Positions 25,913-39,639 of a DNA stretch of 64,000 nucleotides are shown piece by piece. The DNA lies in the NCBI RefSeq assembly GCF_006345805.1, contig NC_042999.1, forward strand, positions 93,062,001-93,126,000, written 5' to 3'. Numbering within the stretch: the first letter of the stretch is position 1; every line of letters starts with the position of its first letter. This stretch comes from Octopus sinensis. Its lineage: Eukaryota. Below the pieces are notes generated by a model. It did no database searches. It was not told the DNA's origin and saw only the letters and a program-made list of their open reading frames with translations. Both the position numbers and the translations under genes were made by a program.

Positions 25913-27600
25913 TAGTTTTATTTTTATAGCGTGCTTTCACTTCACTACCGAGCGCAGCTCTGTGTGCCTTAGTTATGTGCTGTGATTTGTTGTGATGCTC
26001 TTATGGTTATTGTATGGAAAGTGTTCTGCGTAGGATGTGTGCAGTGCCTAGTAGTGCAATTCTCTGTATGTTATATGTGTTTGTAAGTCCTGGTGTTTTT
26101 GTTATGTACTTGTCTGAATATTTCTTTATCATGCATAATGCACCTACTATGATAGGAATTATGCATAATGCACCTACTATGATAGGAATTGTTTCTGTTT
26201 TTAGATTCCACATTCTGGTTACCTCTATTTCCAGGTCTTTGTATTTTGAAAGTTTCTCCATTTCTTTTAGAGACACGTTGTCATCCGCTAGTATTGATAC
26301 ATCAATTAGAAAGCATTTTTTTCTTCATGATCTCTGACAACTATATCTGGTCTGTTGGCCTTAATTCTCTATCTGTGTGTATAGGCATATCCCAGAGTAT
26401 GGTTGCTTTCTCGTCTTCTGTGACCTTTTCTGGTGTGTGCCTATACCATCTTTTTTCTGTTATTATTCCATAATGTTGGCATAGCTTCCACTGTATGTAG
26501 GTTCCAACTCTGTTATGTCTGTGAATATATTCCTTCTTAGCCAGGACTGGGCAGCTAGAGATAATATGATTTATTGTTTCTTGTCCATCTCCACATATTC
26601 TGCAGTTACTTTTTATATTTCTTTTCATTACATGCTTTTGGTAATTTCTGGTGGGGAGGCTTTGGTCTTGTGCTGCAATCAAAAATCCCTCTGTCTCTGC
26701 TTTGAGTCCTGAGCTTCTCAACCATTGCTGGGATTTTTCTTTGTCTATTTCTTTTGCGTTTAGTTTAGTCCAGTATTTACCATGAAGAGACTTTTCTTGC
26801 CACCGTTTTATCATGGTTTGTTGCGGTTCTATTTTTAGTTTGGATTTCATTTGTTTTATAGCTTTCGTTGTTTCTTCATCTTCTTCTTCTTCTTCATATT
26901 TATTAGGTGGTATGATTTCTTGTTTGTATTTGTCAGCTTCCTTAAATACTGAGAACAGTTTTTGTTTTGCCCGTGTTTTGCCGCTATTTGTATCAGTTTT
27001 CCTTCCTTCTGAAGTAGATATTTTTGCAGTCCTATGGTGGTTATTTTATAGTAGTTTTCCAGCTGTATAAGGCCTCTACCACCTTCTATACGTTGTATAT
27101 ATAGTCTTTCTATGTCAGATTTTGTGTGATGCATCCCAGATCCTGTCATTATTTTTCTTGCTTTCCTATTTTGGTCAGTTCATTTAGTGTCCAGTGAAGG
27201 ATATTGTAGCTGTAACTTATAACAGGGACAGCTAAAGTCTTATCTAGTTCAGGGAACTAGATAAGACACAACGCACACAAATGAAAGAGAAAAAAAAAAT
27301 TATAGACGAGTTAGATCAATACTAAAAACAGAGCTCAATACTAAAAACAAGACAGAAGGGGAAAGAAAAGCAGCCCAGGGAAAAAACAAAGTCCACAGGT
27401 CTGTAAAGATGGTGAGAAGGAGATCAACAATGGTACTTTGTATTACTGTGCGATCAAAGGACAAAAGAAGTTTTATACTCTAGCGTTCAGAAGGGGTTAA
27501 CTCTGTCTATTACTACAAGCGATCAAAGAGAGCGCTGACCATGGCCTTGGAAAGAACCAGTTAACCTTGTTGTGCTTTTAATTACTGATAGAAATATACT
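25910..27600 (-). mobile_element. R4/Dong-like copy 3 (family B) with a (TAA)n 3' flank, an internal inversion and a 5'-like segment
   Basis: WLRSSGLKAETEGFLIAAQDQSL, CRICGDGQETINHIISSC, RPDI-type RLE, KLSKYKDL and IPIIVGAL; 27254-27353 is the preceding RT segment on the plus strand. Confidence 0.87.
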
Positions 27601-27820
27601 AATATATATATATACTGATTTCTACATTGTTGAGCTTTTGAATTTTGGGACTTAAACAATGTTCCTTTTCTTCATACAGATTTTACTGTGGTTTACAGTT
27701 TTCGTAATTGTGCAGTTTGTATATATTGACAGATGCTTATCTCCCTAATTTTTATCGTGTTTTTAATTTGTTACAATGAAAAGGTATGATTACATATTCG
27801 AGTAGTCAGGGAGGAAAGAA

Positions 27821-28225
27821 GGGTAAAATTTTCACAGAAAATTGTAGCTATTAAAGTTATGAATATGCTAAAGATGATCGTTTGTGTATCCGACCAGGAA
27901 AAAAACTGTAGTGTTCTTGCAATAAAAATGGTGTTTACATTATCGAATATTCAGTGAGAAAGAAAACGACAGAACAGACGGGTAAGATTTTCATAGAAAA
28001 TTGTAGATATTAAAGTTATTAAATTTTCTAAAGATGATCGTTTGTATGTCCGAACAGAGAAACCTGTAGCGTTCTGACAATAAAAGGTACGTTAACATTT
28101 TTTAATATTCGGGGAGAAAGGAAAAGATAAGTATTCACAGAAGTTGTAAATATCAAAGTGCTTTAAAGTTATTAAAGATGATCGCTTATGTGTTCGCCCA
28201 GAGAAAATTGTAGATATTTAAGTTT
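27821..28225. repeat. Degenerate tandem repeat, about 2.6 units of 146-159 bp
   Basis: Recurring ttcacagaaaattgtag..ttaaagtt..taaagatgatcgtttgt..ccgaacaga blocks at about 27821, 27980 and 28126. Confidence 0.8.
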
Positions 28226-28403
28226 CTAATATTATTTTAGGGGTAATTTAAAAGTACTTACTGGAGATTGTAGATGTTCCAGTTTTTGAAAGTTAGTTTT
28301 CAGTTTTTCTGCCAGGTTGTATTAGTGTTTCTGTGTCTTCCGCTACTGACTGGTCAGCCTAGCGAACAACACGCCCAGCCGCTGTTAAGGCTAGTGCTCT
28401 TCA

Positions 28404-28650
<247 letters not shown>

Positions 28651-29250
28651 ATATTATTGGCTGTCAAGTCTAGCGCTGAAATTTGCACCTAATATTATTT
28701 CCAACTTGTTGTGTTATTAGCAAGTTACTAACATTGACGTTCATTATTTTCCATCCAGACCATTTTTATGTACCTTTGAATGTTGGAAGCAAATTGTTTT
28801 CATATAAATGAAAACGAGAACTTTGCAGATGGAAAAACTACGTCCCTCAATAAATGGTAAAAATCAGAATAAGCGAATGGTGTGAGAGAGCAGTGAGAAA
28901 ATAAAGTATATGCCTTTCTGGGGTATTAGTATATATGTTGATGTATTTAAATATTGCATTTATACTCGATACACTTTAGATGTCCGTAGATGGCATATAC
29001 AAGTAGAATCCTCTTATCTATGCAAGAAATAATTGTTACATGAATAAACGTAAAGAAGAATAGAAATTGCATTTGATCTTGAAACATTAGATTACTATAT
29101 AAAGGCTTTACCATTAAATAAATGCCACGTGACATGAAAGTATTTTGATGAGCAAGATAGTTTATCGGATGACAGAAGCGGAAATTGCATCTCTTACCAA
29201 TATAGTTATGCTGTAATGCGTGATGATTTTACTGCTCGGGAAGATCAGAT

Positions 29251-29769
29251 CAAGATGAATCGTATGTTATATACAGATACATCTCTACTGAAATTTGGTT
29301 TAAGTTCATATCTGTCAAATAACATTATTTAAGTAACGATGCTTCTAGAGGCACAATATTCAATTTCACCCATGGAAAACAGACAATGCCAAAAACCACA
29401 CACACACATCTCTCTGTCTCTCTCTCATCCACTCTTTATTTTTCTCTCTTCTTTAATTCTCCTATGTCTCCATCTAATTAACGGAATCGTGAGAGTGCTC
29501 TTTGTATTATGCAAGGTTTTACGTAGGTTCAGGGAAGTTTATATGACGAATGAAAGTAAAATCATCTACACGGTTATTGCGGCTTAATTTGCTATAAACA
29601 ACGTAGAATTAAAGACGCGTTAAATATTTACTCGAAATATAGATGTTTTACCAGGTATAACTTTTGGATGAATATCATTCACAAACAAGAATACTATAGA
29701 AAATTGGAATATGAACTTAAGCCAAATTTCAGTAGAGATGTATCTGTATATAATATACGATTCATCTTG
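29251..29769. repeat. 61-bp inverted repeat pair around a spacer of about 400 bp (MITE or foldback candidate)
   Basis: 29251-29311 vs reverse complement of 29709-29769: 2 mismatches. Confidence 0.8.
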
Positions 29770-31547
29770 GAATATTAGTCGTATAGAATTTATTTAGATA
29801 TGCCGCATTTGTGCAAGACATCGGCAGTCTTATAAAGTTATCAGTTACTTCAGTAAACTTTTGTAACATACAATTCTACAAACATCACATTCCATCTTTA
29901 GAAATTTTACCGGGAGTAAATGGCTACTAACGTAGATAAGGTTAATGTAACCAATTTTCTTTGTGGATTGCCTGAGAAGATTTATATCAGGATGCAAAAC
30001 TAGGATCGAAATAATTTAAGTCTTTAAATGACCTGTGTTTCCTAAATATCATAAAATAAAAATAGAAGAAACTTTAAATTACAAATCATTAATCATTGCA
30101 TATTTACACGCTCGCACGCACGTACGGACATTTTCTCTCACATCCCATTATTGATATTACCTGATATATTTTATCCCGTAGTTCTTGATTTTTTTTTCTG
30201 AATTTATCTGAAAATCTGCTTCAGTTATGACAGATAATTAACTTACGCGGTTGATGTTTTGAAAAGATTATCTACATACTACACCAGACTGTAATCATAA
30301 AGTGCTCCCATTTGGTTATGCTTTTTTATATAGATGTATGTAAATGTATTCTATTTCTGTGTATATGTCATACGAATGTGCAACGTAAAATACATAAGAT
30401 CTTAGAATAAACAGTTTACTGAATATTGTAACTAATGCGGGAATATACATACAATATTTGACTTAATGGAGATATTTGTGTGTTTGTATTCGTGCGGGAG
30501 TGTGTGTGTGTGTCCGTACGTGTGCGCGAGCGTGTAAATATGCAATAAGTAATGCAGGCGTGTAAGTATGCAATAAGTAATGCAGACATTCAGTGCAGAA
30601 AATTCTTTCGAATACTACTTTGATATTTCTACCATTCTAACTTCAGACATGGCTTAGCTGCTTTGATGGATATGCATCTATTTGCATGTCATAGCGTCAT
30701 ATTAATGCAATTTTAACGTTGTTATATAATAATATCAGGGTGGTTGATCAATATCTACCTATCAGTGTATCTCGTTATCTATTGTTGGAACTAAAATTTC
30801 TTTCTTGCGCAATGCCTGAAAATCTATCATTGCAGGTATTTGGTTGCACATTTCTACACTTTGAAAATACGTTTATATATATTAGAGACATTTATGTTCA
30901 TTGAAAGGAAGTTATGAAAGCATAGTGTCTAAAATGGACATGACGTTTTCGCCAGACATTGCTTTTAGCTATTTAAACATGATGGAAATATTTCATTTAG
31001 AATACGTATACAACAAAAAGGAAATTGATAGCTTCAAACTGTTACTTTTTTCTGTTATTTCTTTCAGTAGTTGAACTAAGGCCATGCTGAAGCACTGTTT
31101 TCAGGCGTTTTAGTTAGTTATAACAGCCTCAGTACCCATTTTATTGATTTATCATAATCGAATTGTTGGATGTGATGGGGTAAAATATTGAAGATGATTT
31201 CATGTGCCACAAAATCATACACACACACACACACACACACACTGGCACATTTAGACAAACGTAGACCTTTCTCAGATTTCCGTCAATGAAATTTATTTCA
31301 TAAAATTTTGATAAACCCACGATTAGTGTAGAAGACAACAGCTTAGAGTTTTATGTGGTTGTAAAGTAATTGTTTTTAACAATAGCTGCATTTGAAATTC
31401 TATTGTATTTGCAATTCACGTAAAATATTATTCAGGGCATTTTATTTAATGGTCTAAATTCCGTCACTTATCCAGAGTCGTACCTGGGGATATAGTTCAG
31501 ATTCTTATGCAACTTCATCTTCTAACAATTTTATTTTTTTTAAATGG

Positions 31548-31642
31548 TTTCTCGTTGGCTTGTTTTCTCGTTGGCTTGTTTTCTCGTTGGCTTGTTTTCT
31601 CGTTGGCTTGTTTTCTCGTTGGCTTGTTTTCTCGTTGGCTTG
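31548..31642. repeat. Perfect 16-bp minisatellite x6 (TTTTCTCGTTGGCTTG)
   Basis: ctcgttggct at 31551, 31567, 31583, 31599, 31615 and 31631. Confidence 0.95.
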
Positions 31643-32529
31643 CGTAGAATCTTATTGCTTTTCGTGCATGTTCTTGACTATTTATAGAGTCCAGCAACAA
31701 ACTTTTATCACACACATACCTCATTTTAAAAAATCGTCACTAAAGTGTTGCTTAATTAGAAAGTTCATAGTATCAATTCCAAAAGTATTACAACGATATA
31801 CATAAGTGTAAGGTGCTGCATTGAATTTCGTCGTGTTAGTCCATAAATTTTATACATGACTTAACAGACCAGAGACAAAATGCAAACTCTGCTGTGGCAT
31901 GCACTGAAAAAGAGCATACGAAAAACTACACAAACATTTAGTAATTTGAAATTAAACAAAAATCATTTGTTAATATCTTTCCCGCAGAGCATAATCGTTT
32001 CTAGTTAGCATTTAAGTTCACTTGCTTAAAACATGTCAATAGGAATTGGTAATATTGTTTTCATGCTAATGGTAACTCTGATTTAATAATTCTTTAATAA
32101 GTCATATTTTTCAACTCTAACCAATTACATAGTAATTTCCTTCATTAATAAATCGGTTTATAATGTGAAAACTGCAATTTGCGAATATGGTCAGTATACG
32201 AACAAAACATTTTCGAAGTTTCTCTTGATTCACTAAAATAAAGAAAATACTTGGCTAATAATGGTATATTCCTTACTGCCAAATACTTTCCCGTTGGACA
32301 TTTAATGTTGATTTTATTATATATTGCGGATATAAATAGTAGAATAATAGTAGATACATGCTCTCATTCGAAGGTGGAACATTGCTATTGATAGAAACGG
32401 TGACTATGTTGAGAAGTGGGGATGTGATCCACAGAGGACCAGCTTTATTTTGATGTATGATACATGTTCCTGTGTTGGTAATTATACCTGTGCTAAACAG
32501 AATGGCATTACCTTTTGACCCTCACCCTC

Positions 32530-32575
<46 letters not shown>

Positions 32576-33547
32576 CGGAGATGTACTTGCATAGCAAGTG
32601 ATTTGATCTGAGATCGTGTGCTGAAACGAAAACAATTGCAGCGTGGAAGGTGTTTGTAAGCCATTTAAGAAACACGCAAAAGCCGTTCGATTTACTGTAT
32701 ATATTTATTTATTTTAATTTAGAGATAGTAGACCCCTATATCTCACCAGATAAAAATAATTTTTATTTTTATTTTAAATATCTACTGTTTTATTACTTGG
32801 CAACACGTGTTTCACGAGGTACATGAAAAGGAAAGAGAATATGCACAGAAAAGAGAATATGGGGGTGAGAAGAAAGTTAAGGTTCCATTGGAACGGGATT
32901 GCTATAATTAAATAAATTTAAAAGTTGTAGAAAAGCATTTGAGTTGGTCCAGAACTAATAATGGTCGTTGAGAGGCCAAGATTAGTGTTCCAAGCGGCAT
33001 ATTACAGAGTGTGTAGAAGATATAGCAAAGGTTCTTCAAGAAACAAAAGTAGAAAATCGAATGTTATTATGCTATTATTAGAGCAAAACATGCATAAATT
33101 GCTTTGAGCTTTTCTAATTATTTAAATATCTATTATTTAAATTTTGTTACAATATTTACGTATGCACAGATTTATGCATGATTTTATTCTTAAGATCTTC
33201 ATTTGAAGACTGCATAGCATTGAGTCGATCTTACTGCGTGGTAAATATGTCGCTAAAAGTAACTTGAGGTACAATTATGGGTTATTAGTGAAGACTGGTT
33301 GAGTCAATTTAATGGGAGTCTGTCATGTGTATGTGTGTGTGCATGGGTGCGTGTAGTGTATCTACATACCTATACATACACACACATGCGCACACACGCA
33401 TTCATACACACACGTATATGTGTGTGTATTATACATATATGTGTATATGCATGCGTGTATATATCTTTATGTGTATGTATGTAAATATGTATATATATAT
33501 ACTTAATCACACGCATCACACACACACACTTATATAATTCATGACAC

Positions 33548-33590
<43 letters not shown>

Positions 33591-35255
33591 CGTGTCATAA
33601 ATTTCCTGTACAATTTGAATAATTCATAAAAAGTAAAAATAACAGTAGTCCAGGAGAGTTTAATGGTAAACATATGCAAACAAATAGAATCTCATTAGAC
33701 CGATGAGAACATTTCCATTGGTTTACCGCAGCAAACTTACTCCATTGGTATGCCGCAGCATTCTAAACGATGCTCAGTTTCTAAACATGTACTTTTGGAG
33801 CATCCCCTCATCAATGTGGGATATTTTTTTCGTGTTCATTGAACTTTTGTACGACAAATCTATTTTAATGTAGCTTCATAAGAATTCCGGTGAAGGGGCG
33901 TGTGGTTATATCTGGCGATATAGTTGAGCAGGGAATTGGAACCTCTCTTGCAATTCGCCGGTTTGAGAAATGTTCGTATGAAGATCAAGAACACTCAAGC
34001 TTTAATGGGGAGGCAACTATCTTGTTGCAAAATAATTGTTGGTTTCAGAGAAGTTGATTCATGAATATCAACTTCATTAGATACAATAAAATTGTAGGAG
34101 TTGTAAAGATAATTTATGGACACACTGTAAAGATGAATGTGTATATGTATGGATTTGTCTGTAACATTGTATGTATGTGTGTGTGTATATATGTGTGTGC
34201 ACATACGAACCATATGTGTTTGTTTATTACAAAAATTACTATATTACATTAAAAGTGAATGAATGTCCTACGATGTAATTGCTTCACTTTCAGCATAGGC
34301 TTTTAGATAAAATCACTTGCTTGAGAAGACTTCTACATCTCCCAAAATTATTGCATTGCTTTCCTTTTTAAAATTTTGTTATTCATGTCTTTATCAATTT
34401 TTTCATCCTTATCTTGGAATAGATTTCATGTTTTATTACAATTAGTTTCTCTTAGCCTCAAGTGTTTTCCGAGTTGAGCTGCGTACAAAATGATGAAAAG
34501 ATAAAATTACTATACTCAAAATTGTGATACCTTTTGATAGAAATTAATGCTATTGTACACGTGCCATGTATACTATTCAATAGAAAGCATATATTTAGCC
34601 CATCTCAGAAGCTATAACATGTTTGTTCCGCTGCCAAATATCTTTGTTTAGGATTAACAATCTATGTTTGAGTTACATAGAACCAATTCGTAAGTTAGGT
34701 ACAAGGTTTTGCCAAAACGTAACAAGTGAACCTCTATTCAGCAAGTTTATCTTTTGTCTTAAGGATAAATGTACAATGGTCTTATACACACTTATCTACT
34801 TCATTATCTTTTCATACTTAATAATATCCCTCACAATTTACATCATTTTGCCGTACATTTCTTTCTTTTCCAATTTTGTCTCTTTTTGTTTATCTTAAAC
34901 TTGTTGGCCGCTCAAGACATCTAGCAATTCAAATATTTGAACTCGTGGTAAATTCACCTAGTTGCTGCCAAATAATTAGTTTCCTTCGACATTTTGAGAA
35001 ATACTCCTAACAAGTTCAGACAATTTCTATCTAAACTTAATATAGTTCTTCAAAATGGAATCTTTATAATCGATTTTCATACAACAGCTAACGCTACCCT
35101 ACGGGCTTACTACATTTCCATATAGAAGCTTGTTAGTAACGATCTCTTTGTTTTGGAAGAGAAGTCTACATCAGTAAAACACCTTGAGGCGATAAAAAAT
35201 AATATGTATGTATGTTTGCATTTATATATGCATGCATGTATGTATATATGCATGC

Positions 35256-35289
<34 letters not shown>

Positions 35290-35805
35290 GTGCATATACT
35301 CGTACGTGTGTGTGTAAGTATACATGCATGAAGGCGGGAAAGCACACAGACTCGTACGCACAAATATACAGACACAATGATATGCTCAAGAATACATAGA
35401 TAACATACATATACACAGACATTCTTACATTTAGACATACGTTGAGCCATAGATACTTGGATATAGAAAGACAGCTAGCTAGTTAGACAAATAAATACAC
35501 AATGCACTCACATGCACACACATATTTATATACATATTTTCACTGAAAAGAGTAACATTGCCAGAAAGTGTAGGCTCGTGACTTGATCATAGAGTTCCAG
35601 GGGAAATCGACTAAACTTTCCGTATATGGGTTATATGTCTGATATGGTGTATGAGGTGGGAATATATAGTAATGTCAGTGGCAGTGTCGGAAATCTATAT
35701 AAAATATAAAGAGAAATAAAGAATTATATATTTGTATCAATGTACGCATATATCAATATATGTATTTATGTTTGAATATGTTTATGTATATGTACACGCA
35801 TATAT

Positions 35806-35938
<133 letters not shown>

Positions 35939-36230
35939 TCGCCTACGTATGGATATATGTGTGTATGTGTGTATGTACTCAAATGGAAAACGGGATTCAA
36001 ATAATGTAGCAATCAGAGGAAGTACTCCACAGGTATTTGGATTTCAAGAATACAAAAGCTAAGTGTAGAATCAAATTTAATGTCTCTGTTCCTCTGAAAA
36101 TTTAGGGATGACAATGATGGAGTATAAAATAATTAATCAAATTCGGAAGAAGAAGAGGTAAAAGATATTTATTTCACGTTTTCAGCTGTCTCCTTCTCCG
36201 TTACATCATCGATACCAATAATTTTTCTGT

Positions 36231-36420
36231 TATAGGCACAAGGCCTGAAATTTGAAGGAAGGGGAAAGTCGATTACATCGACCCCAGTACTCAAGTAGTA
36301 CTTATTTCATCGATCACGAAAAATAAAGGACAAAATCTACGAATTGAAAACGTGAAGACAGACGAAATATCGCTAAGCATTTCGTCCGGCGTGCTAATGA
36401 TTCTGCCGTCTCACCGCCTT
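36231..36420 (-). mobile_element. tRNA-derived SINE family 2
   Basis: Minus strand begins aaggcggtgagacggcagaatcattagcacgccggacgaaatgcttagcg; body has gggtcgatgtaatcgact and the tail aggccttgtgcctata. Confidence 0.75.
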
Positions 36421-36839
36421 GATCGACGTTAATAATATGTTGCATAATAAGAGTTGCATACTATATTTTATATCACCCTATATATATATATGAGCGTATA
36501 TGTACATGTACACTTAGAGTTGAATGTAACACGTATAGTTGCATATAACATATGTATGTTAACACAGGTAACAAAAAATAAAATCAACGGTTTTTAAATT
36601 CATAAATTCTAAAACAAATAGGCGTAAGGAAGTTGATTTGTTGTACAGGTTTGAAGCACAGATTTGAAATTCGAAAGTTCACAGTTTAACTGAGTGCTAT
36701 TGTGGTTAATTATTCACAATTAGTGCAGGAATAAATTATGGGTAAAGATGTATAGGCGAGTTAGAATACATTTCGCAAACACGTATATTTAATATATAGT
36801 CATATTAAATTCATTTCTGACATGGAGTATCATAATTCG

Positions 36840-37051
36840 TTTCAAATTTTGGCACACGGCCAGCAAGTCCGAGAGAGGGATCAGTCGATTACATCGACCC
36901 CAGTGGTTCAACCGGTAGTTATTTTCTCGACTCCGAAAGGATGAAAGGCAAAGCCGCCCTCAACAGCATTTGAACTCAGATCATAGAGACAGTCGGAATG
37001 CCGCTAAGCATTCTAGTCGACATGCTAACGTTTCTGTCAGCTCACCATCTT
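36840..37051 (-). mobile_element. SINE family 2
   Basis: gtcgattacatcgaccccag..ccgaaaggatgaaaggcaaag..atttgaactcaga (B box) colinear with 36231-36420. Confidence 0.75.
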
Positions 37052-37072
37052 TCATGAAGTAGGATTATTATA

Positions 37073-37830
37073 CAGGGATATATTCGGAACGGTCTCATCC
37101 TTTTTAATATAAACACATTTCGACCTCTCCATCTGTTCTTGATTTCCGAAACGTCTAAGGATTCTGTAACATTATATAGTACTATAGGCACCTGAGAAAA
37201 GCAGGTCTGTAATCTGCATAAAACATTGTGACTATAACAACATGAATTATCAGATAAGCCTCAGGTTTCAGCTTACAAGTGTTCGAGCTAAATTGGACGG
37301 CTTGTACAAAAATAAAAGAAAACACAGTATCCCCTCCAAAATAAACTATATCAAAAATAAATAAAACATATCGATTAGATTATAACTGGAATATAACATT
37401 TTATTAAAAGTATCCGCTCAAAACTTCCACCACTTAAGGTGCCTCCGGAACTTGTTGCATGCGTTACTTGGACGAATTTTGAACTCCTCTTTGATCTTGG
37501 TCACGAGATCGGCTTTGTTGTTGCAAGCATAGCACATTTTAATTCATAATATTACAATCGGAGAAATTAGAAGGGCCAGGAAGTGGGACTGGTGAGGTCG
37601 TAGAAATTTTCCAGCAATAATTTCTGACTCTTTTCGGGGTTATGATAAAGAACTAAATCCTTCTGCGATAAATATGACCTCCCGGTGGCAGCCCGCCCAG
37701 GCTGGGTTTGACCACAGTTTTCATGCGCTTCACATAACTGTCTGAATTGAGATTGAGGCCTTGTTAATAAGCCGTTGTATGAATCCTCATGGGCGGCCAC
37801 GGCTGCGTAGCTGTGCTTGTCAAGTATCAC
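37073..37830 (-). mobile_element. Tc1/mariner superfamily (mariner/maT-type) transposase C-terminal fragment, decayed
   Basis: Joined frames give QGLNLNSDSYVKRMKTVVKP..AATGRSYLSQKD..KSQKLLLENFYDLTSPTSWP..SDCNIMN, matching the WPPxSPDxNPxD catalytic region; candidate TIR TA-caggg at 37071. Confidence 0.7.
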
Positions 37831-39639
37831 AACCTTTACAGTGTTCACAGAACATTGCACAGCAGTCAGGATGTTGACATTTTGATACAAAGCACGTATT
37901 AACATTATACAGGTTAATCTTTTTCAATATTAAGTTAGATACCAGTTTTCAGAGCAAGCTAAGTCTTTCCCAACTACACATTTATTATGCTCTCTAAAAC
38001 TGTTGATTGCTCACCTATACATCAAGCTGTTCCTGAAAAAGCGAGACAAAATGTCGTCAAATTTAATTCAAACAAGCTGTACTTTAAGAAACAAGATTTT
38101 GCTCTCGACGTTTTCTTCCCATTGTGTTTTGCAGTGCAGGTGGAACAAATACATTTCCCTTTCATTCATGTGGAATATTTAAGAAGGATCACTCATGCGG
38201 ATTTTTTTTTTTTTTTTTACCTAGGAAGCACTTTACCTTGGAAACACTTTACAGCATTTTAGTGACGGCGTCATCATTTTCATTGACTTCATGCATTAGC
38301 ATTATATAAAATAGTAATCTTTTTTTTTTCGGGGGAGCACATAAGCCAGCCATCTCAGTATTTAAAGGATCGCATGGAATCTATTGGTTTGCGGTCTGCT
38401 CACACTTCGATCTATTCTCCTTAATAGACGTACTGGTGAAAGACATATCACCATCTCCCTATTTCCTTATGTTGCTGTCTAGAAGGACTTGTCTTTGTAG
38501 TTTACTTCTTTTGTCTGTCAAATGCGCTCCTCTTCCTCTTTTAAAGACACTGGTGATTTTAAATCTGTCACATGTGTCTCTGGAATTGTGATTTCTCTAG
38601 GCTTTCTCCCGGTTTTCTTTCTTTGTGTCAGCTTTAATGAAAGAATCAATATACTACATATATTGAGCGTCAGATGGTCAAAGCCCATGACATGGCGCTA
38701 TTCAGCTAAACTACTGAAGAACTAGTTGCAACAGCGACGTATTCATGAGCCTTTAAAAACGATATGACACATCAGGGAGGATGATTGTTGAATTGCTTTT
38801 CGTCTAGGCGATGAATTCCTGTGATAATAAAACATGACTGGATGTTGGTAGAAATTATAGTCCGAAGGAATACTTTCCAGCTAATCTGGGTATATCATAT
38901 ATCATTATTGTTTTTACTTTCTCTTTACTAAATCACCTATTGGCAGTGGAGTTATAATGTGTGTAACAAGCTCAACCGCAATTTCATCAGGTGGTTACAT
39001 CTTACTACATCTCAAGTCAACATTTTGGAGTGAAATGACAACAATGGCGGTGCATTTTCTCAGGCAAAGAGATACGCTGTTGTAATTATCATGGTTATCA
39101 AATATTAATAGCAGTCTTTGACTTACGTGTTTCATGAAAAAATTGTTCCCGAAGATGGGAAATCTGTTCACTGTCATAAGCTATATAGTCGGTGTACTAT
39201 AAATAAATAAAAATTCGTTCAAATCGTGTGCGAGGGATTACAAACAAAGGAAACGGTGTTTTTGTAGCACTGGTTCCTTGCGTTTCTGTTATGATAGCCC
39301 CAAACTATTTAGCGCTTGTACCAGGGATGATTTTCCATGCCCTCTGCTCAGTTGCACAGCCACTTTCGTAAACAAATCATGACTTGCGAGAAAAGAAATG
39401 TAGGTTATAATTGTTTAAATAATTGGAGCATATAACAGCTATTGTAGCTTGTTGCATGACTTAGAATGAAGATACAACTGATCTCGATGAAACATTCTAG
39501 TTTCTTAAAATAAAGGGAAATCCAATCTTTATCTGCATTCTCATTCTCTATCGCAGTTTACTGCATCATTCAGTATAGTCGACTCCTATATCCAAATACC
39601 CAACTCCTGATCGCTTTGGAATAGCACGTAGCATAGGAG

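Noticed and set aside
27540-27560. ggccatggtc resemblance to the start of the genomic HDV ribozyme
   Set aside because: Short coincidental match; the P1.1/P2/P3 pseudoknot could not be built
31548-31642. CRISPR-like periodicity (also the arrays at 27.8 kb and 62.1 kb)
   Set aside because: Head-to-tail repeats with no unique spacers, no cas genes, and a eukaryotic context
32488-32695. Mariner-like TIR end (TACGAGGG.. on minus) and a possible Penelope terminal fragment across a (TA)n tract
   Set aside because: No partner TIR, coding sequence or hammerhead in the window; recognition rests on memory only
35130-35185. Hammerhead-like CTGATG..AAAC on the minus strand
   Set aside because: Core mismatched on both strands and no helix I or III can be formed
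37567-37905. 112-aa ORF as a host gene
   Set aside because: It is a frameshifted mosaic of mariner-type transposase sequence
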